A DNA stretch of 63,450 bases, the filler included, from Lenisia limosa (lineage: Eukaryota; Protista; Breviatea): assembly GCA_001655205.1 (NCBI GenBank). It is 10 parts of 10 records of this genome, joined end to end, with 100 filler letters (N's around TTAATTAATTAA, not from the genome) between each part and the next. Parts side by side here need not be neighbours in the genome. Positions count along the whole stretch, not along the records: positions 1 to 19,192 come from LPNZ01009812.1; 9 more parts are not named here. One strand, 5' to 3'. The notes below the pieces were generated by a model, which made no database searches, was not told the DNA's origin, and worked only from the letters and a program-made list of their open reading frames with translations. A program made the position numbers and the translations under genes. Below, piece by piece: positions 1-17,000 of the stretch; position 1 is the stretch's first letter, and each line of letters begins with the position of its first letter.

Positions 1-3388
<3,388 letters not shown>

Positions 3389-3628
3389 TGTGAGAGGGCC
3401 CGTATCGTAGCGTTAAAGCCGAGACTTCTCTAAATTACACGTATAATAATTGCACTATATTGTGCTTCTTGTCAACAGGATTTTTGACAATCACTAATCA
3501 GTTAAAAGGAATCATGTGGTAGAATGATCTCCCGGGAGATATTACCTTAAATGCAATTTCAAAATTCAGCTTTTCCTTTTGCTTTCTTGTTGCCTTAGAC
3601 AACCACTAAAGAACATTAAAACGCAAAG
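3389..3628. promoter_or_regulatory. Probable bidirectional promoter between kinase and RPC9
   Basis: Only 240 bp between two divergent predicted ATGs (3388 minus, 3629 plus); position-based inference, no motif assigned. Confidence 0.5.
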
Positions 3629-6168
3629 ATGATGTTGAGAGAGCGGAATCACGGAGAGCTTTCTTTGCTCGATGCCAAGCCTGTGATCAACTCCATTGAT
3701 TATGATAAGGAGCCGAATCCAGACCACATGCTGCCATCAAATACCCCCGAGCAGTCAGGTTACAAAACGCCAAAGCAACCGTTTGCAAGGGTCGTATTCT
3801 CTTGATCATGTTCACACCCCTTCCTTGGTTATTGAGAAGTTCCTCCATATGTTGGTGAATTCTTGTGAATAATGATCATTCCCGTGATTGGATGTTATTT
3901 CGCTTCAACAGTTATGCTTCTCATTGTGACGGTCCTTTCTATGCTGACAATCCTTCAGACATTTTATTACGAACGCTGAAGTGTATCGTGTCTTGAAGGA
4001 GAACAAGGAAGCTGAGTTCAAGGTCTGAGTTTTTCCTTCTTATGTATCCCTTAGATGACAATACCTTCTCAGCAACATATTCACACATCTTCTATCTGTT
4101 TCATATTTCTTATAATGTTGATATTGCAGGCCAAGAGTCGGTCAAAAAAGCAACCACTTCTTCCTGTTGACGTTTTTGCCAAGCTCAGGAACTCTATCAA
4201 CCTGAGATTTGAGGTATGCGGATTGTTAGTTGTTTTGCGCTGGTTCTCATGCCGATTTTTGTTTTACTCCTTTATCTTGTGTTGAATATTTTTTGTTCGT
4301 CTATTGCTGCCATATCTCCTGTAGATTAGCAGAAAAGTTTAGATAACCACCTTGCATTTTCCTATTGACCTGGTGATAGCTGATGGATTACCTCAAACCT
4401 ACGCACGTGACTAAGCAAAATGACGCAATCATGGTGGAGGTTTTGACAAACTTGATGGTGGGGCTTGGAAAGGGGGCGTGGGAGTCATTGTCATTTGATT
4501 GATTACGATATTAGTTTTTGGTGATCCTTTGACTTATTTGGGAAGGGCAAGTAAATAATAATTGCAATGTAACATTGCGAATGCTTATGTCTCAGCATTG
4601 TTTTGCTTTTCTTCTATAGCTACTATCGCGAGTTTTGATTTGTTTTTAGCCGTATAAGTTGACCAAATTTGAGACGCTGCAAGTGCTCAACCTCCGACCT
4701 CAGTCGCACCCCGAGCTTTACCTGGTCAGTGGCTTCTCTTTAGAATTGTCTACCTCCATTCATTATAACATTATCTCTTTCCCTAATCATCATAACTCGT
4801 CTATAAAATTATTGAGATACTCTTTTTGACATTCGAAACGATAATTCATTTCAGACACCTAAATTTCAAATTTTATAAAAATGTTTAATACAAAAATTCA
4901 ATTACAAGGTGTTCGAAGCGTTACCCCCACATCATTGTACCCGTCCAACACATTTATGATATTATTACTTGTCACTGTTCCCATTGTACCCATTTGTTCA
5001 CATTCACCTCAAAGCTATAAGCCAAGATCCTTTTGTAATCAGCTGTTCACTTTTTAGATTATCGAAAAGATCGACCTTAGATTCTCCCCTGAACAACTTG
5101 ACGCGATTATTGAAATCGTCTCAGCGTTTCCTGAAGGTATGAATAAGGAGGATGTATGGCCCAGTTACAAAAAAGAAAGATATTTTACAAAATTCCCTTG
5201 TAATGTTATCGTCATGGAGGTGGTTGTTCAAACTCTGAAGATAGCCCCTTTCATTATATACAGTGACCGGGATAAGTCCTGACCGATTTTCTATGTGATT
5301 TCCCAGGGTAAATAGATAAAGACTTATCCCAATCACTGTACTCATCAGTCTTAATATTTTTTAAGAAAAAGCAAGTATCATCCTGGATTCAAAACACATA
5401 GACCATAAACATTACTACCTTGCACCATGCAAAATCCTGTACTGAATATTGAGGGGGGGATTTATCTCTTTCGAGCGGAGGGAAGCTGCTAATGTCGGTT
5501 TGGATAAACCTTTTTTGAGGTACAATTTCTGGTTTGCTGACATCTTCAGGGAAGGCGGCAGAAGAGGCTCGGTTAAAGAGGGAAAAGGAGGTTTGCCCTG
5601 GGACCGAAATTTGTTCTATTAAAGGGCTTTTTCATGGGACTCGTTTTTTCATCTTTTCCCATCAAATCAAGTATTCTTAACGAGACACAATAAGCATCAA
5701 CTGTTTCTCTATTTATCCTATACTCAGGAGCAGGTAGCAATGGCCGCGGAAGAGGAGGAAGGGGGGGACGTTCCCGCCGAGGGTGGTGAGGCTGGCGAAA
5801 TGGCCGCTGAAGATGTTCAAGATTATGACGGAAATTATGAAGAGGTATCTGGCGGAGGAAAGTAACAGAATACGCAGGGATTGTTAAATGTTATATGTCT
5901 TCCTTTTGGCAGTGAGTGACTAACTTTTAAGGGCTACGATGAAGACTACTATGAAGGAGAGGGTGACGGTAGGCCTTTTGCTTTTTTCCTCAATATTTTC
6001 ATGCTACTATAATAATATGCATATGTGTTCATTGAGTAAGGCTTCAAGTGATGGGTTTCTCCATCATTGTTGATCGTTAAGAGAGCTCACTGCCAATTAC
6101 TCCTTGTAGAAATGGTGCATGAAAATGCGAACGCTGCCGTCTACGACACAGTGGATGCTGAGGACTAA
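3629..6168 (+). CDS. RPC9: DNA-directed RNA polymerase III subunit RPC9/C17 (Rpb4 family) with acidic C-terminal tail
   Basis: Spliced exons give QHFITNAEVYRVLKE..LMDYLKPT..PYKLTKFETLQVLNLRPQSHPELYLIIEKIDLRFSPEQLDAIIEIV, matching the CRCP/RPC17 pattern (LSNxEV; LTKxExLQxxNxRP..E..R.s.EQ); then Glu/Asp/Gly-rich exons to TAA at 6166-6168. Confidence 0.85.
5261..5338. mobile_element. MITE family B copy (78 bp)
   Basis: TA|CAGTGACCGGGATAAGTC ... GACTTATCCCAATCACTG|TA; terminal inverted repeats with TA flanks, inside an RPC9 intron. Confidence 0.85.
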
Positions 6169-6638
6169 TATACCTTGCCATTTGAGATGAGAATAGTTGG
6201 TGGGGGGGGGGGGGAANNNNNNNNNNNNNNNNNNNNNNNNNNNNNNNNNNNNNNNNNNNNNNNNNNNNNNNNNNNNNNNNNNNNNNNNNNNNNNNNNNNN
6301 NNNNNNNNNNNNNNNNNNNNNNNNNNNNNNNNNNNNNNNNNNNNNNNNNNNNNAATTGTTTGTTTAAGGAGATATATCAGCGCTGACCTCAAGAGAGTTT
6401 GAAATTTGGTTGGAGTTTTCTTCAATCTGTAAGGTCTAATATTAGAACTGGATGGGTCCCTTATCACTTATTGGTAATTTTTTTTTAAAAAAATAAGATA
6501 TCTAAGATATTAAGCGTACCATCGCTCGCAAGGACCTTACTCCAAAACCGCTCTTGGATATCTCCGGGTTCCATGAAACAAATAAATAAATAAATTAAGA
6601 AAAACAGGTCGTGGGAAGACTCCAATTCATCCCATCGA

Positions 6639-9600
6639 CTATAGAAAGAAGCTATCAGCTGCGTCTACAGAGCTATTGGAATCGAAGAGAGGGGGTGCGT
6701 CCGAGCCATTGGAGCCGTCAGAGTTGAAGAAAGGGGCTCCTTCGGACCCGTTGGAGCCGCCAGAATTGAAGGTCACGTGACCCGCAGCATGGAAGTCATA
6801 CGGCCCTGGAGNNNNNNNNNNNNNNNNNNNNNNNNNNNNNNNNNNNNNNNNNNNNNNNNNNNNNNNNNNNNNNNGTGAAGGAACTCATGAAATATAATCT
6901 GATAAAACTCCGGGGAACCCCTTTCTGCATGCCTCCCCGGCCACCTTGATAAAGGGACTCTTCTGGCGCAGGCAAAGTCGGGACTAATTCCTCAGTACCC
7001 TAGAGCATGACTGGTTGGCTTGGACAGTATGAGTTTTATGTCAATATAGTTTTATTGGTATCTATACTATGTTATATTATGTCTTATTTGATATGACTCT
7101 CCAGTCCCGTCGAACAATGCTCTCATTTTTTGGAAGAAAAGCCAATATCAAAACTAGCTGAAGACAAACTGGTTGGTTTCCAAAGGTTCATCTTCCTAAC
7201 CTCTCATTGCACAATTTCACTTCACAACATTTCCGCATACCAAAAGGAGGCTTTGACTTTCGGGATACTCCGGCGGCGGGAGGAATGGATTCGGGTGGGC
7301 AATGGGGGAGAGGCCTTGGATTGTGTGGTACGATATTTCGGGTTCCGGAGACAAGGCGGATGATAAAGGAACCTGAGGAGTAAGGGGAGGGGGGGGGGTA
7401 AATAAACAAGTGTAAAATTCCATTTGTAGGGATTTTAGAGAAGGCTCAGCTTCACGAAAGTTGTGAATGGTATTCGGAGATTTGATGACATTCTCTCACC
7501 TCCTGGGAGTCTTGCGCTGAGCATTGTATCGCCTCAGAAATGCGCTCCCCAAGCCTGAAGGTTTTAGTGTTCAGTTACGTAATGATCAAGATGCCTCGCC
7601 TGAAATATGGTCCTTGTATCTTGTTTCCCTTGTCTTGATTCAATACATGATTTTTTTAAAAAAGATCAGAGCAGACCATCTAACCATCCGAGGGCACGTT
7701 GCCATCCACCCCAATATCATGACTACATGTGATTGCACCAAGACAGATCCATGGTGACAGTTAACTATAAAATTGACGGAGTATTTCGATAAATCTGAAA
7801 AAACCCTAGATATATGATATATAATAATACATAGATTGTGAGAAGCAACATACGTGAAGTAGCGAGGCGGATGAAGTTCCAGGCTTTTCTGTTGGTATGC
7901 CAGCGGGTCTCTTCTGACATGGGGGATGGGCGAGGCGAGAGGGCCACTTGTAGGCTCCTGGCTCGGGTAAAATGCATGGTTGGCGGAAGCGTTAAAACTA
8001 GGGTTTCTCTTCGATTCGAAAAAAGACTGCATTTCTCGATAAATATCGATATTTTACCGAAAGTCATGTGTAACTATAGCAAAACCTGTTCCACAAGTAA
8101 ATCTCTTTTCTGATGGATAATAGGGATTCTTGACTTTTTGGCATCAATACGGCCTTCTATTGAGAACAAAAGTTCGCTAAATTTCACAGATATTTGCTCC
8201 AAGCCTACGGAGACAGAGCGGTTTGGTTCGGGTTCGTGAGCTGCCACGAACCCTGATAGAGTGAATTTTCAAGCCGATGTGGTTGACAGTTATTGACAGT
8301 TATCCAACAATTGTCATAAAAGAGAGAGAACAGAATATCCAAGCTGAATTGAAAACAGCCCCAACCTGGGGGCGACAATGTAGCTCGTCTTGAATCCGAT
8401 CTCTGTTGGAACCCAGGGCTTCTTGACGGTCTAGAGAAATCTGGTTCGGGGCTGGCGGCAAATTGCGCTTCATAACCTTTTTGGCTATGTTGTGAAAACG
8501 ATATTCCTAATTGTTGTTGAAAATATATCAGATAGAAATAGGATCCATGGACATCACCACGTTTATTATCGGAAAAGAGTTTGTAAAAGTATTTACCTCC
8601 ACTCACCTTTTGAGTTTCACCCACTCAGACACACCAGCCTAAGAAATTAATCTATCAGATAAAAAACTTTTATTGTTGTTGGAAAGATAACCAACCCCCT
8701 CACACATATTATTGTAATATCATATCACATGGTCCTATAATCATCACCTCTCACTCCCCCCCACAAACCGAAACGATTCTACCTGTTTTGCCTTCGTTTT
8801 TCGCGTAGAGTGTAAATTCGTAAAAGGCAAAGAAAGACTCAATAGATTCCTTCGAAGTTTTCGGCGTTGTCATGTTCGGAGGCTTCACGGACTTCAATCG
8901 AACCTCCAACTGCATATTTCGGTTAGAGAAGTGATGTGCTTTTGGGACAGTGTGATTGAACTAAAAATGTCAAAATGACAAATGCAGCTATCCATTACGG
9001 TCCAAAAAAGGGTGAGTGTATCAATAATCCAAAATATCGATACAATATCCAGTCTTCACTCAAGCGTATCATACATTATGTATTTTACAGAAGGTAATCA
9101 CCCTAATAATTATGTACCCACTCACAATGTTAGTTTTGGTCTTCTTCTTTCCATTCCCTTTCAAGAACTGCAAGGTTGAACAAGATGCTTCGCGTTGTAC
9201 TGTGCAGTCGATACATAGGGATTCTAAGGGGTTAATTTTTTTGCAGTGAAGTTCTTTACGTGAACTCACACTGGTATTGGTACAAAAAAGGAAAGTCTCG
9301 ATTTCGAAAACTATCGATAATTAATTGGTATTTTCCGTAGCGGAGAGAATCCCTATGCATGCCAAAGTCACGCAAGGTGTTATAGAGACGAAATGGACAA
9401 AAACTTCATAGGTGTATACCAAGATGGTTCTGAATAATCTTAGATTATCGTTCCAAATTGACCCCAAGCCCTATTGAGTAACAGCTACTTCTCAACAGTC
9501 CCAAGAAATCGATGGTATTTATTTTTGGTCTATTTCAGACCCAAGGGAAGCGCTAAGGCTTACTGTAGTCACTGAGTTTGCTGTAGAGCTTGGTGAAGAT

Positions 9601-12600
9601 CAGATCATCTCGCGGGACTTGTTCGGAAATCATCTCATAGTCCACTAGAGCGTCACATTACCTTCATCCAAAATTAAACACAATATCTCATTACCTCGTG
9701 TCCCACTTTAAGAAGAAACGTAAATTCTCTTATATTGAGCCCTCCATACCACTTTTGCCTTTTTGCTGGAATTTGCTGCAATACCCTTGGACTTCTAGCA
9801 TCAGATCTTGATCAGCAGCCACGACTTTTTCAATGGCCTTGAGCGAGAGTTTGAAGCCTGGCTCGTTATTTCGGCACATTCTTGGCAGTGCAAATATATG
9901 AAAAATATTGTGTAACTCCATGGTCACAACTTGCCAAAGTATAATCCTTAGACTTCAGTTGTGTTTAGTGACAGACAGTTTACTTGGAAATTCGAGTAAG
10001 CAACCTACCAAGATTAGAGCCATTATCGCGACAAATTTGCACCTGTCCTGGATTGCTGAAGACAAATTGCACATCCTTGAATGTTAAAAGACAATCAGCG
10101 CATCTTGGAATACTAAAATACAAGCAGAAAACAATTCATGAGAATATCCTTGTCCATAATAGGGTTGCTCACCATATCGCACCATGAGAACCGATCAAGC
10201 ATATCAAATCGACTTTCCAAGTGTCCACACAACAAATTATTCCGGTTCAAGTCTAAAACATCAGATGTTCTTGTTCATGAAATAATATCAAGAGAGGGAA
10301 GCGATTCCTCCGACATTTAGAATTGAACCTGAAAGAAGTGATCAATTCTCGGTGTACCTTGGAAGGCAGGGTAGCGTAGTGACAGCATGTTCAACTTGGA
10401 AATCTTTGTCGGCTCCATACGCGTGATGCTAGAGTGTGATACCCCAGGTACTTTCATCTGTGATACTGTTGACACGCTTTTGATAATATTACCTTGCCAC
10501 CCATAATCACTATCAATGATCTTCAATGAAAGTTCCAAAAAACATATTGAGGTTGTTCGGATCAATTTCTCGAACAGAAATGAAGACCTTGCCCTCATAC
10601 GCCATTGGAGTGACGGAAAGGCTTGCCATCGCGTTATTAAAAATGGTGTAGCTGGGGGTCCGCGGCTCCTTCATCGCACTGTTTCCGGTGAGTCACCAAA
10701 TAAATGTTCTCGCGAGTGGGTTTATCAAATATCAGAGGGATCCAAGCAATCCTTAACTCTCTGAAAAAATATCGCGCTCAAAAGAAAGCTACGAGAGAGA
10801 CGCAAATATTGTTTCATTACTTAACTGCCTGTATTTGTGTACTGCAATATGATAATACGTTCATCATCTTTATTTACCACCCACCTCGGCCCTTGTAAAT
10901 AGTGTACCGGGTTAGTGAGGGCAACAGGCCATTTTTGTGACACAAACGACATTGACAAAAGTCTGAGGCTCTGTTGTACGTCTATGTTGAAAGTCTGGGG
11001 TGTTAGAACAGAACAATGCTGCCCAATGAAGTGATTGAAAACAATCAAAGCCCAACCGCAATTGAGGATAGTGTGAACAATTCAGACTGCACGATCACAG
11101 GCACTTGGCAAATCGGACAGTGGGAAGAGACCTGAGGGATGATAAAGGATGGAGATGATGCTCAAGGGTCTTGAGATAAATATGTAACGCTAACACTTAA
11201 CTGCACGAAAAAAAGTCAATATGGTTGACTGACCAATTTCTTGCTACAATTCGGACATTTGAGCCAAAAGTTGATATAAACCAGTCCAGCAAGGGTTGCG
11301 GAATTCTCATGAATCACTGCGTGAGTTAATACAAAAGTAAATCCAAAAATTTATCTGTAACGAGAAATTCAGTTTTCTATTGAGATCTTTTTCGTATTTA
11401 AAGGCCAAAAATGATAAAAGCAATGTTACATCAACACCAACCTTGGGCCATAAAGAAGAAGCCTCGAGTATCACCACTCAATTGCGACTTTTCATTGAGA
11501 TACTGGGCCTAACTTATGAGCCAACATTCTAAGTATATTTCCCCTCTTCTCATAAAATCATTATTGTTAAACCAAAGTCAAGTTTGATCTGTTTAGCTCA
11601 ACGTACAGTTTAGTGAGACAATTTAATGTACCATTTTGATATGCAGCCTTGATGGTTCAATAAAGTTTTTTACATTATCAACATTTATCGATAGTTTACC
11701 ATTAGTGTTTTGTGACCATAAGGAAGCCCTGCTCACAACTAAAGTGCCTTTAGCGACTTCAGGATCCTGTCCTGGGGAAAGCTGTCTGGGGGTGATAAGA
11801 GTGATAGGGTTGGGGTGCATTACTAACATACTAACGACAATAATACGAGATCGGGGCAACAATAATAGAGTGAGGGTCGGGGGGGGGGGGGGGGNNNNNN
11901 NNNNNNNNNNNNNNNNNNNNNNNNNNNNNNNNNNNNNNNNNNNNNNNNNNNNNNNNNNNNNNNNNNNNNNNNNNNNNNNNNNNNNNNNNNNNNNNNNNNN
12001 NNNNNNNNNNNNNNNNNNNNNNNNNNNNATGTAAATAAACAAGGTCCCCACCTTCAGTCCCCTTTATTACAAAGTAATACCCACCTTCTTGAACAAACAG
12101 TTTCCGCCATGGGCATTACATCTGAGGGGTCCAAGGGGTCAATACGCACATATCGCTAAATAATTAAAGCAAAGAGAGTATAATAGTTCATATCCCTGCT
12201 ATTCTTAAACTTTTAAAAGGATTATCTTTGGCCCAAAAACACTCACGTTTGACTGATCCTTAATGTCAGGGTTTATACTTCGGAGAAACGGGATATCTCC
12301 AATACAGAGCTCCATGACTCTAAACTGTAAAGGGGGCTGAAAAAGAAATGACAATGATGACTTTTTGTGTTCAATCAAGGTCCCCAGGAATATTGAGATC
12401 AAACATAACTCAGGTTTTATAAAGAGCTATAACTACGCCAGAGTGGAGAAGGGAAATTACAAAAAAAGTGAGTTTCTAAATGTAAAAAATGGGTTACTAT
12501 AAAAAAGAGTTTCCAATCAAAAGAGATACGAAAAATTGGGTTTCAATTATAAAATATTGAGTTTCCCACAATAAAATGAGTTACTCAAAAAAGGAGTTTC

Positions 12601-13841
12601 ACATTACAAATTGAGTTTATAAAAAAAGAGTTTCTAACGTAAAAAAAAAAAACGAGTTTCCACTTAAAAAAAAATTGAGTAACAAAACAAAATGAGTTTC
12701 CAATACAAGAAATGAGTTTCCAATAAAAGAAATGAGTTTCCAATACAAGAAATGAGTTTCCAATACATGAGTTTCTCAAAACAAAAAGGATCTTTCTTCA
12801 AAAGCAAAATAAAAGGGACAATTTAAAAGGGCAAAAAATCAAAGTACGCATGATTCCACAATTGAAAGGACCAAAAAGTGAGTTAGCAATCAGGCGAAAT
12901 TGGGAAATACTTCAAGCCAAAAACGGGTATCATAGATAAACAATCAGTTGAGTTTGTTAATATAGTTCAAATGGCTGGGGTAGTTGAAGGGCGAGTGATC
13001 ATGATAACAATATCACCATTAATGAATCTTCTCACCTTTAATGAAATATATATATAGAAAAATACTTGACTCTTAGGTTGCTCTTAAATGTTATATAGTT
13101 TAATACTACTAATTTAGTAAGTTTAAGCTTGGCTTAGGCAAGGGAAAATCAAAGGACAGCGATGACTGAAGTCTGATTGCGAGGCGCAGCCCAATATGAT
13201 GGTGTCTGGTGCTTGAAATCTTTATATAAGAGGAAAAGAACGTATTGTAGAGTTAGGCAGAAGAAAGAGGGCCTTTCATTTAATTCAATTATTTTTGTGA
13301 AATACACGGCGGCATAGTTATATGATTGCCCTTTCACAACACTAAAAACCCCCCCAGTCCCCCCCAAACCCTCTTCATCTCCTTTAAAGCTGCAGGCGGC
13401 TGCAGGTACTGGAGTAAACTTAAATATAGAAGCCAGAATACCCGCTGCTTGCAGTTGCTGTGATCACTATGGTCAGCCTATCAAGCTTCCAGTATCTTGT
13501 CTGTCTGCCCTTCGTTATCTGCTACCACTTTGTCTGGGCGTTTATTAAACAAGGACTTCTTTTTGGCGGAACAGATGGCATCACTTTCTTTCACCCTTAC
13601 TGGTAGGGGACTCAATATCTTCTTCATTTCTCTGCTCATCTTAATATACATGCCTGAATAATTACCTTTTTAACACCTGAATATGACCATGCTTTGTAGT
13701 TTTGCTAACCATCCTTAGTAACGATGGAGGAGGAGGAGAGCGAGTTCTTTGGGTTGCGGTCAGGGCCACAATGAAGCAATACCCGGGTCGACAAGTAAGC
13801 AGTTGACATTCTCCCTCGGCATTGATTGTTGATTGCGGCAT
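6639..13841 (-). CDS. Large multi-exon uncharacterised gene (possibly two genes) with CxxC-x7-CxxC zinc ribbon; possible OB-fold ssDNA-binding protein
   Basis: Phase-compatible exons at about 11490-11444, 11326-11226, 11126-11058, 10970-10888 give GFFFMAQVIHENSATLAGLVYINFWLKCPNCSKKLVSSHCPICQVPVIVQSELFTL; further open exons to a TAG at 6639-6641. Several joins unresolved; start codon tentative. Confidence 0.4.
12470..12780. repeat. Degenerate ~20-bp tandem array (AATGAGTTTCCAATACAAGA-like)
   Basis: More than ten recurrences of a GAGTTTC core, best conserved at about 12700-12775; intronic. Confidence 0.75.
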
Positions 13842-14059
13842 AACGGACCCAAAACCGCCTAGTTCACACTTGGCTTGTTTTTATCCATAGCCTAAACCGT
13901 ACTTGTATCATCATAGCCAAAAGAAACCTGTTATCATTGCTCTTGCCTGTTAGCCAACAGAGTTGATTTGGGNNNNNNNNNNNNNNNNNNNNNNNNNNNN
14001 NNNNNNNNNNNNNNNNNNNNNNNNNNNNNNNNNNNNNNNNNNNNNNNNCTCCTGCAGGT

Positions 14060-17000
14060 GAAATTCTCAAAAAAGCCAAGGTTGGATCCTGTGATTGCGT
14101 TTACTCAATATAATCTTTTGTGCCCTATTCTTGGACAATCCCCTTCATGCAATGATTGATGTTTTCGAATGTAGCAGAAGTGCGATTAGCCCTATTAATG
14201 CACCAATAGTGGTTGCTTCTCACCTCTCTTCTCAGAATCGTTTTGGGGTTGAGATTCCAGACACAATTCAATTCAAAAGGCTCAACACTAGACATTGGGT
14301 TGAAGACTCTAAGTATGCCCTAGGTCTATAACGATATGTATCTGATTGTACCCAGAAATCGCTTTCTTGTTCGGTTAAAACTATTGGTTTCTTTTAGTCT
14401 GAACAGGCAACATGTTTATGATATTACAGATACCCAGTTTTGACGATGTTGGGACAGGCACTGGGGTCAATTGTGATGGGCTTCGAGGCAACGTCCTACC
14501 TTACTGACAGCGTCATTGTTGGTTGGTGGGGGGTCATCGTAGAAATACTGTATGATTGTATGTCCGTGTAGAAACTCCTATTCATAAATCACTTATTAGA
14601 TAAGAAATGCCCTATAAGTGGCGGGAGGCAAGCTTCTTTATTTCTATTTGTTTCGCTTTAAATCTTACTCTGATGACTATTCAAAACTCCTTTTGTTGAC
14701 CACTATCCAGACACAATGGGCTATGCCTTTGCTTATCCCTGCCTTTCCATCCTTGGAGGCGCTCACATTGCAGCGTATGTCCATTTTCCTATGATCTCAA
14801 CTGGTAGGATGCGATTCCAAGTGTAGCTGTGACTATCAGAAACATTCCTGTCTTTTTTTTAAACAGAAGTAAAATGATATCTGATCCTTCCAGATATGCT
14901 TGATGCTGTGGCACAAATGAGACCAAGTTACAACAATGCCCAAGCCAGTTCTAAGGGTAAAACTAAGCTCAAACTGATGTTGGAGGGTCTTTATCAACTA
15001 TTTTCTTTTCCCAAGTAACATTTGAATTTCGAGCATCATCGTAAGATTCTTTTTTGTGATGTCATACTTGTGTAACTGTTTAGCTACTACAAAGTATTCG
15101 CCTGGTTCTACAGCTACTTTGGTTCCTATGCAGACTTGGTTATGGTATGTTTGGATGGATTATTTTCCCCTTTTCGAACTAACCTGCTTTAATCTTCCAG
15201 CCCAATGGCTCATGGACTGAGGGTCACATTGTCAAGCTTTGGAACCCCAAGATTTGCCAAAAGCTCTACCCACCGTGCGACACATCAGGCCTCCAGGTAG
15301 ATCGGGTGTAACCGCAGTTCCCCTATTTGATGTTCGGTTTGTCTGTTGTCAGTTGCTTGCAAGCTGATTCTAGCTCTAACTGCTTCTTGGTTCTAGCACC
15401 AAATTATTGAGCCTTTCAATCCTCGATATGATAAATCCTCGATAAATCCTCTATAAACTCTTGATAAATAAACCCTCAATAAACCCTCGAAACATCAATA
15501 CTGTTCGGGGATTTGGGCCCTTCACCAGGGCTCCGTGCACGCCATCAATCTTATCAGTTGTAGGGCTTCGACTTAGGTGGCCGCACCCCTGGCCTGGCAG
15601 TTTATGTGGCGCAATTCAGGCCGGAGAAAGACCATACTCTTCTGGTGAAGGCACTAAGTAGGGGGGTTGATGGGGGGGACCTTTCTTATGCTGTGAGGGA
15701 GTGGAGCATAATTGTGGATATAGATTTCAACTAAGGATGAAAGCAAACAATGCAAAATATCACATACTTTCAGAGGCACACCTTGATGCTCATCCTGCTT
15801 CTCCTTTCAGACTGCATTTCGTGGGAGCAACCAGGTATTGAGGGAGATCTAATAACTTCCAGAACATAATATTTGTCATATTATATAGTATATCGATATG
15901 TACTATATCATATATCGATATAATATGATATTGCTATTATATGATATCATATAATATATCATCATATATATTATAGTATATATCATATAGTATATATATA
16001 TATATATATTATACTATATACTTTGAAGTATATGATATGCATAATATCATACAATACCACATATTTTAGACGTAAAAACCATCTGACCGAATCCGCCCAC
16101 ACCATTACACTTATAAGAGATATTGGATTATACATTTGCCTAACAACTCTGGGCTCACAGCTATGTAGTATGTAGCTATGTAATATTATACATATCATCA
16201 TACGTATTCAAAGGAAATGTAGTGACCGAATAAGTCCTGACCGATTTTCCTTGGGAAATCACATAGCAAAACGGTCACGACTTATCCTGGTCACCGTATA
16301 TAATTCTGAACTAAACGCAAGTACTAATAGTTTAGGACTCAAGATGATGAGGAGCGAGTTATGAAGCTCAAGGAGCTAGCTGTCGAGCTAGACTTACAGG
16401 TAGGTTATTCTGGCAATAGTGGGACTGGTGGGATTCAAATGGGGACTTCTGCTTTGTTTTATATTATGGCTTGTACTGAGATACATATCATATACAGTGA
16501 CCGGGATAAGTCTTGACCGATTTGCTTCACGATTTCCCAAGGAAAANNNNNNNNNNNNNNNNNNNNNNNNNNNNNNNNNNNNNNNNNNNNNNNNNNNNNN
16601 NNNNNNNNNNNNNTTACCGCGGTCACTGTATACATACGCAGCTATTATATTGAGGTAAATATGGCAACTGGGCAATGTGGGTTTACTCTTCTAAAAAGAA
16701 TTTTCGATAACTCCGTTGCATAAACGTGCCTTACTCTTTGACCCTCAGCTGAGTTGATTGAAAAGGAGTGGAGAAAACTTACAACTTACTAACCTGGGGC
16801 TTCTTTCGGTTCCAACAAATAGTTAACTCTAATGAAGATGAAATGATTGACTATCCAGGATCAAGTTGAATTCAGCACCAACGTAAGCTATGGAGAATTG
16901 AAGGCCGCCTTGGCGCGCGCCGAAGTTGGCGTACACGCAATGTGGAACGAGCACTTCGGCATCGGTGTTGTTGAATACCAGGTTTGGGTTATAAACTGCT

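Noticed and set aside
7250-7540. GSFIIRLV (SH2-like) and LGSAFLRRYN (aspartyl-protease-like) peptides
   Set aside because: Isolated short matches, reading frames uncertain, no supporting motifs.
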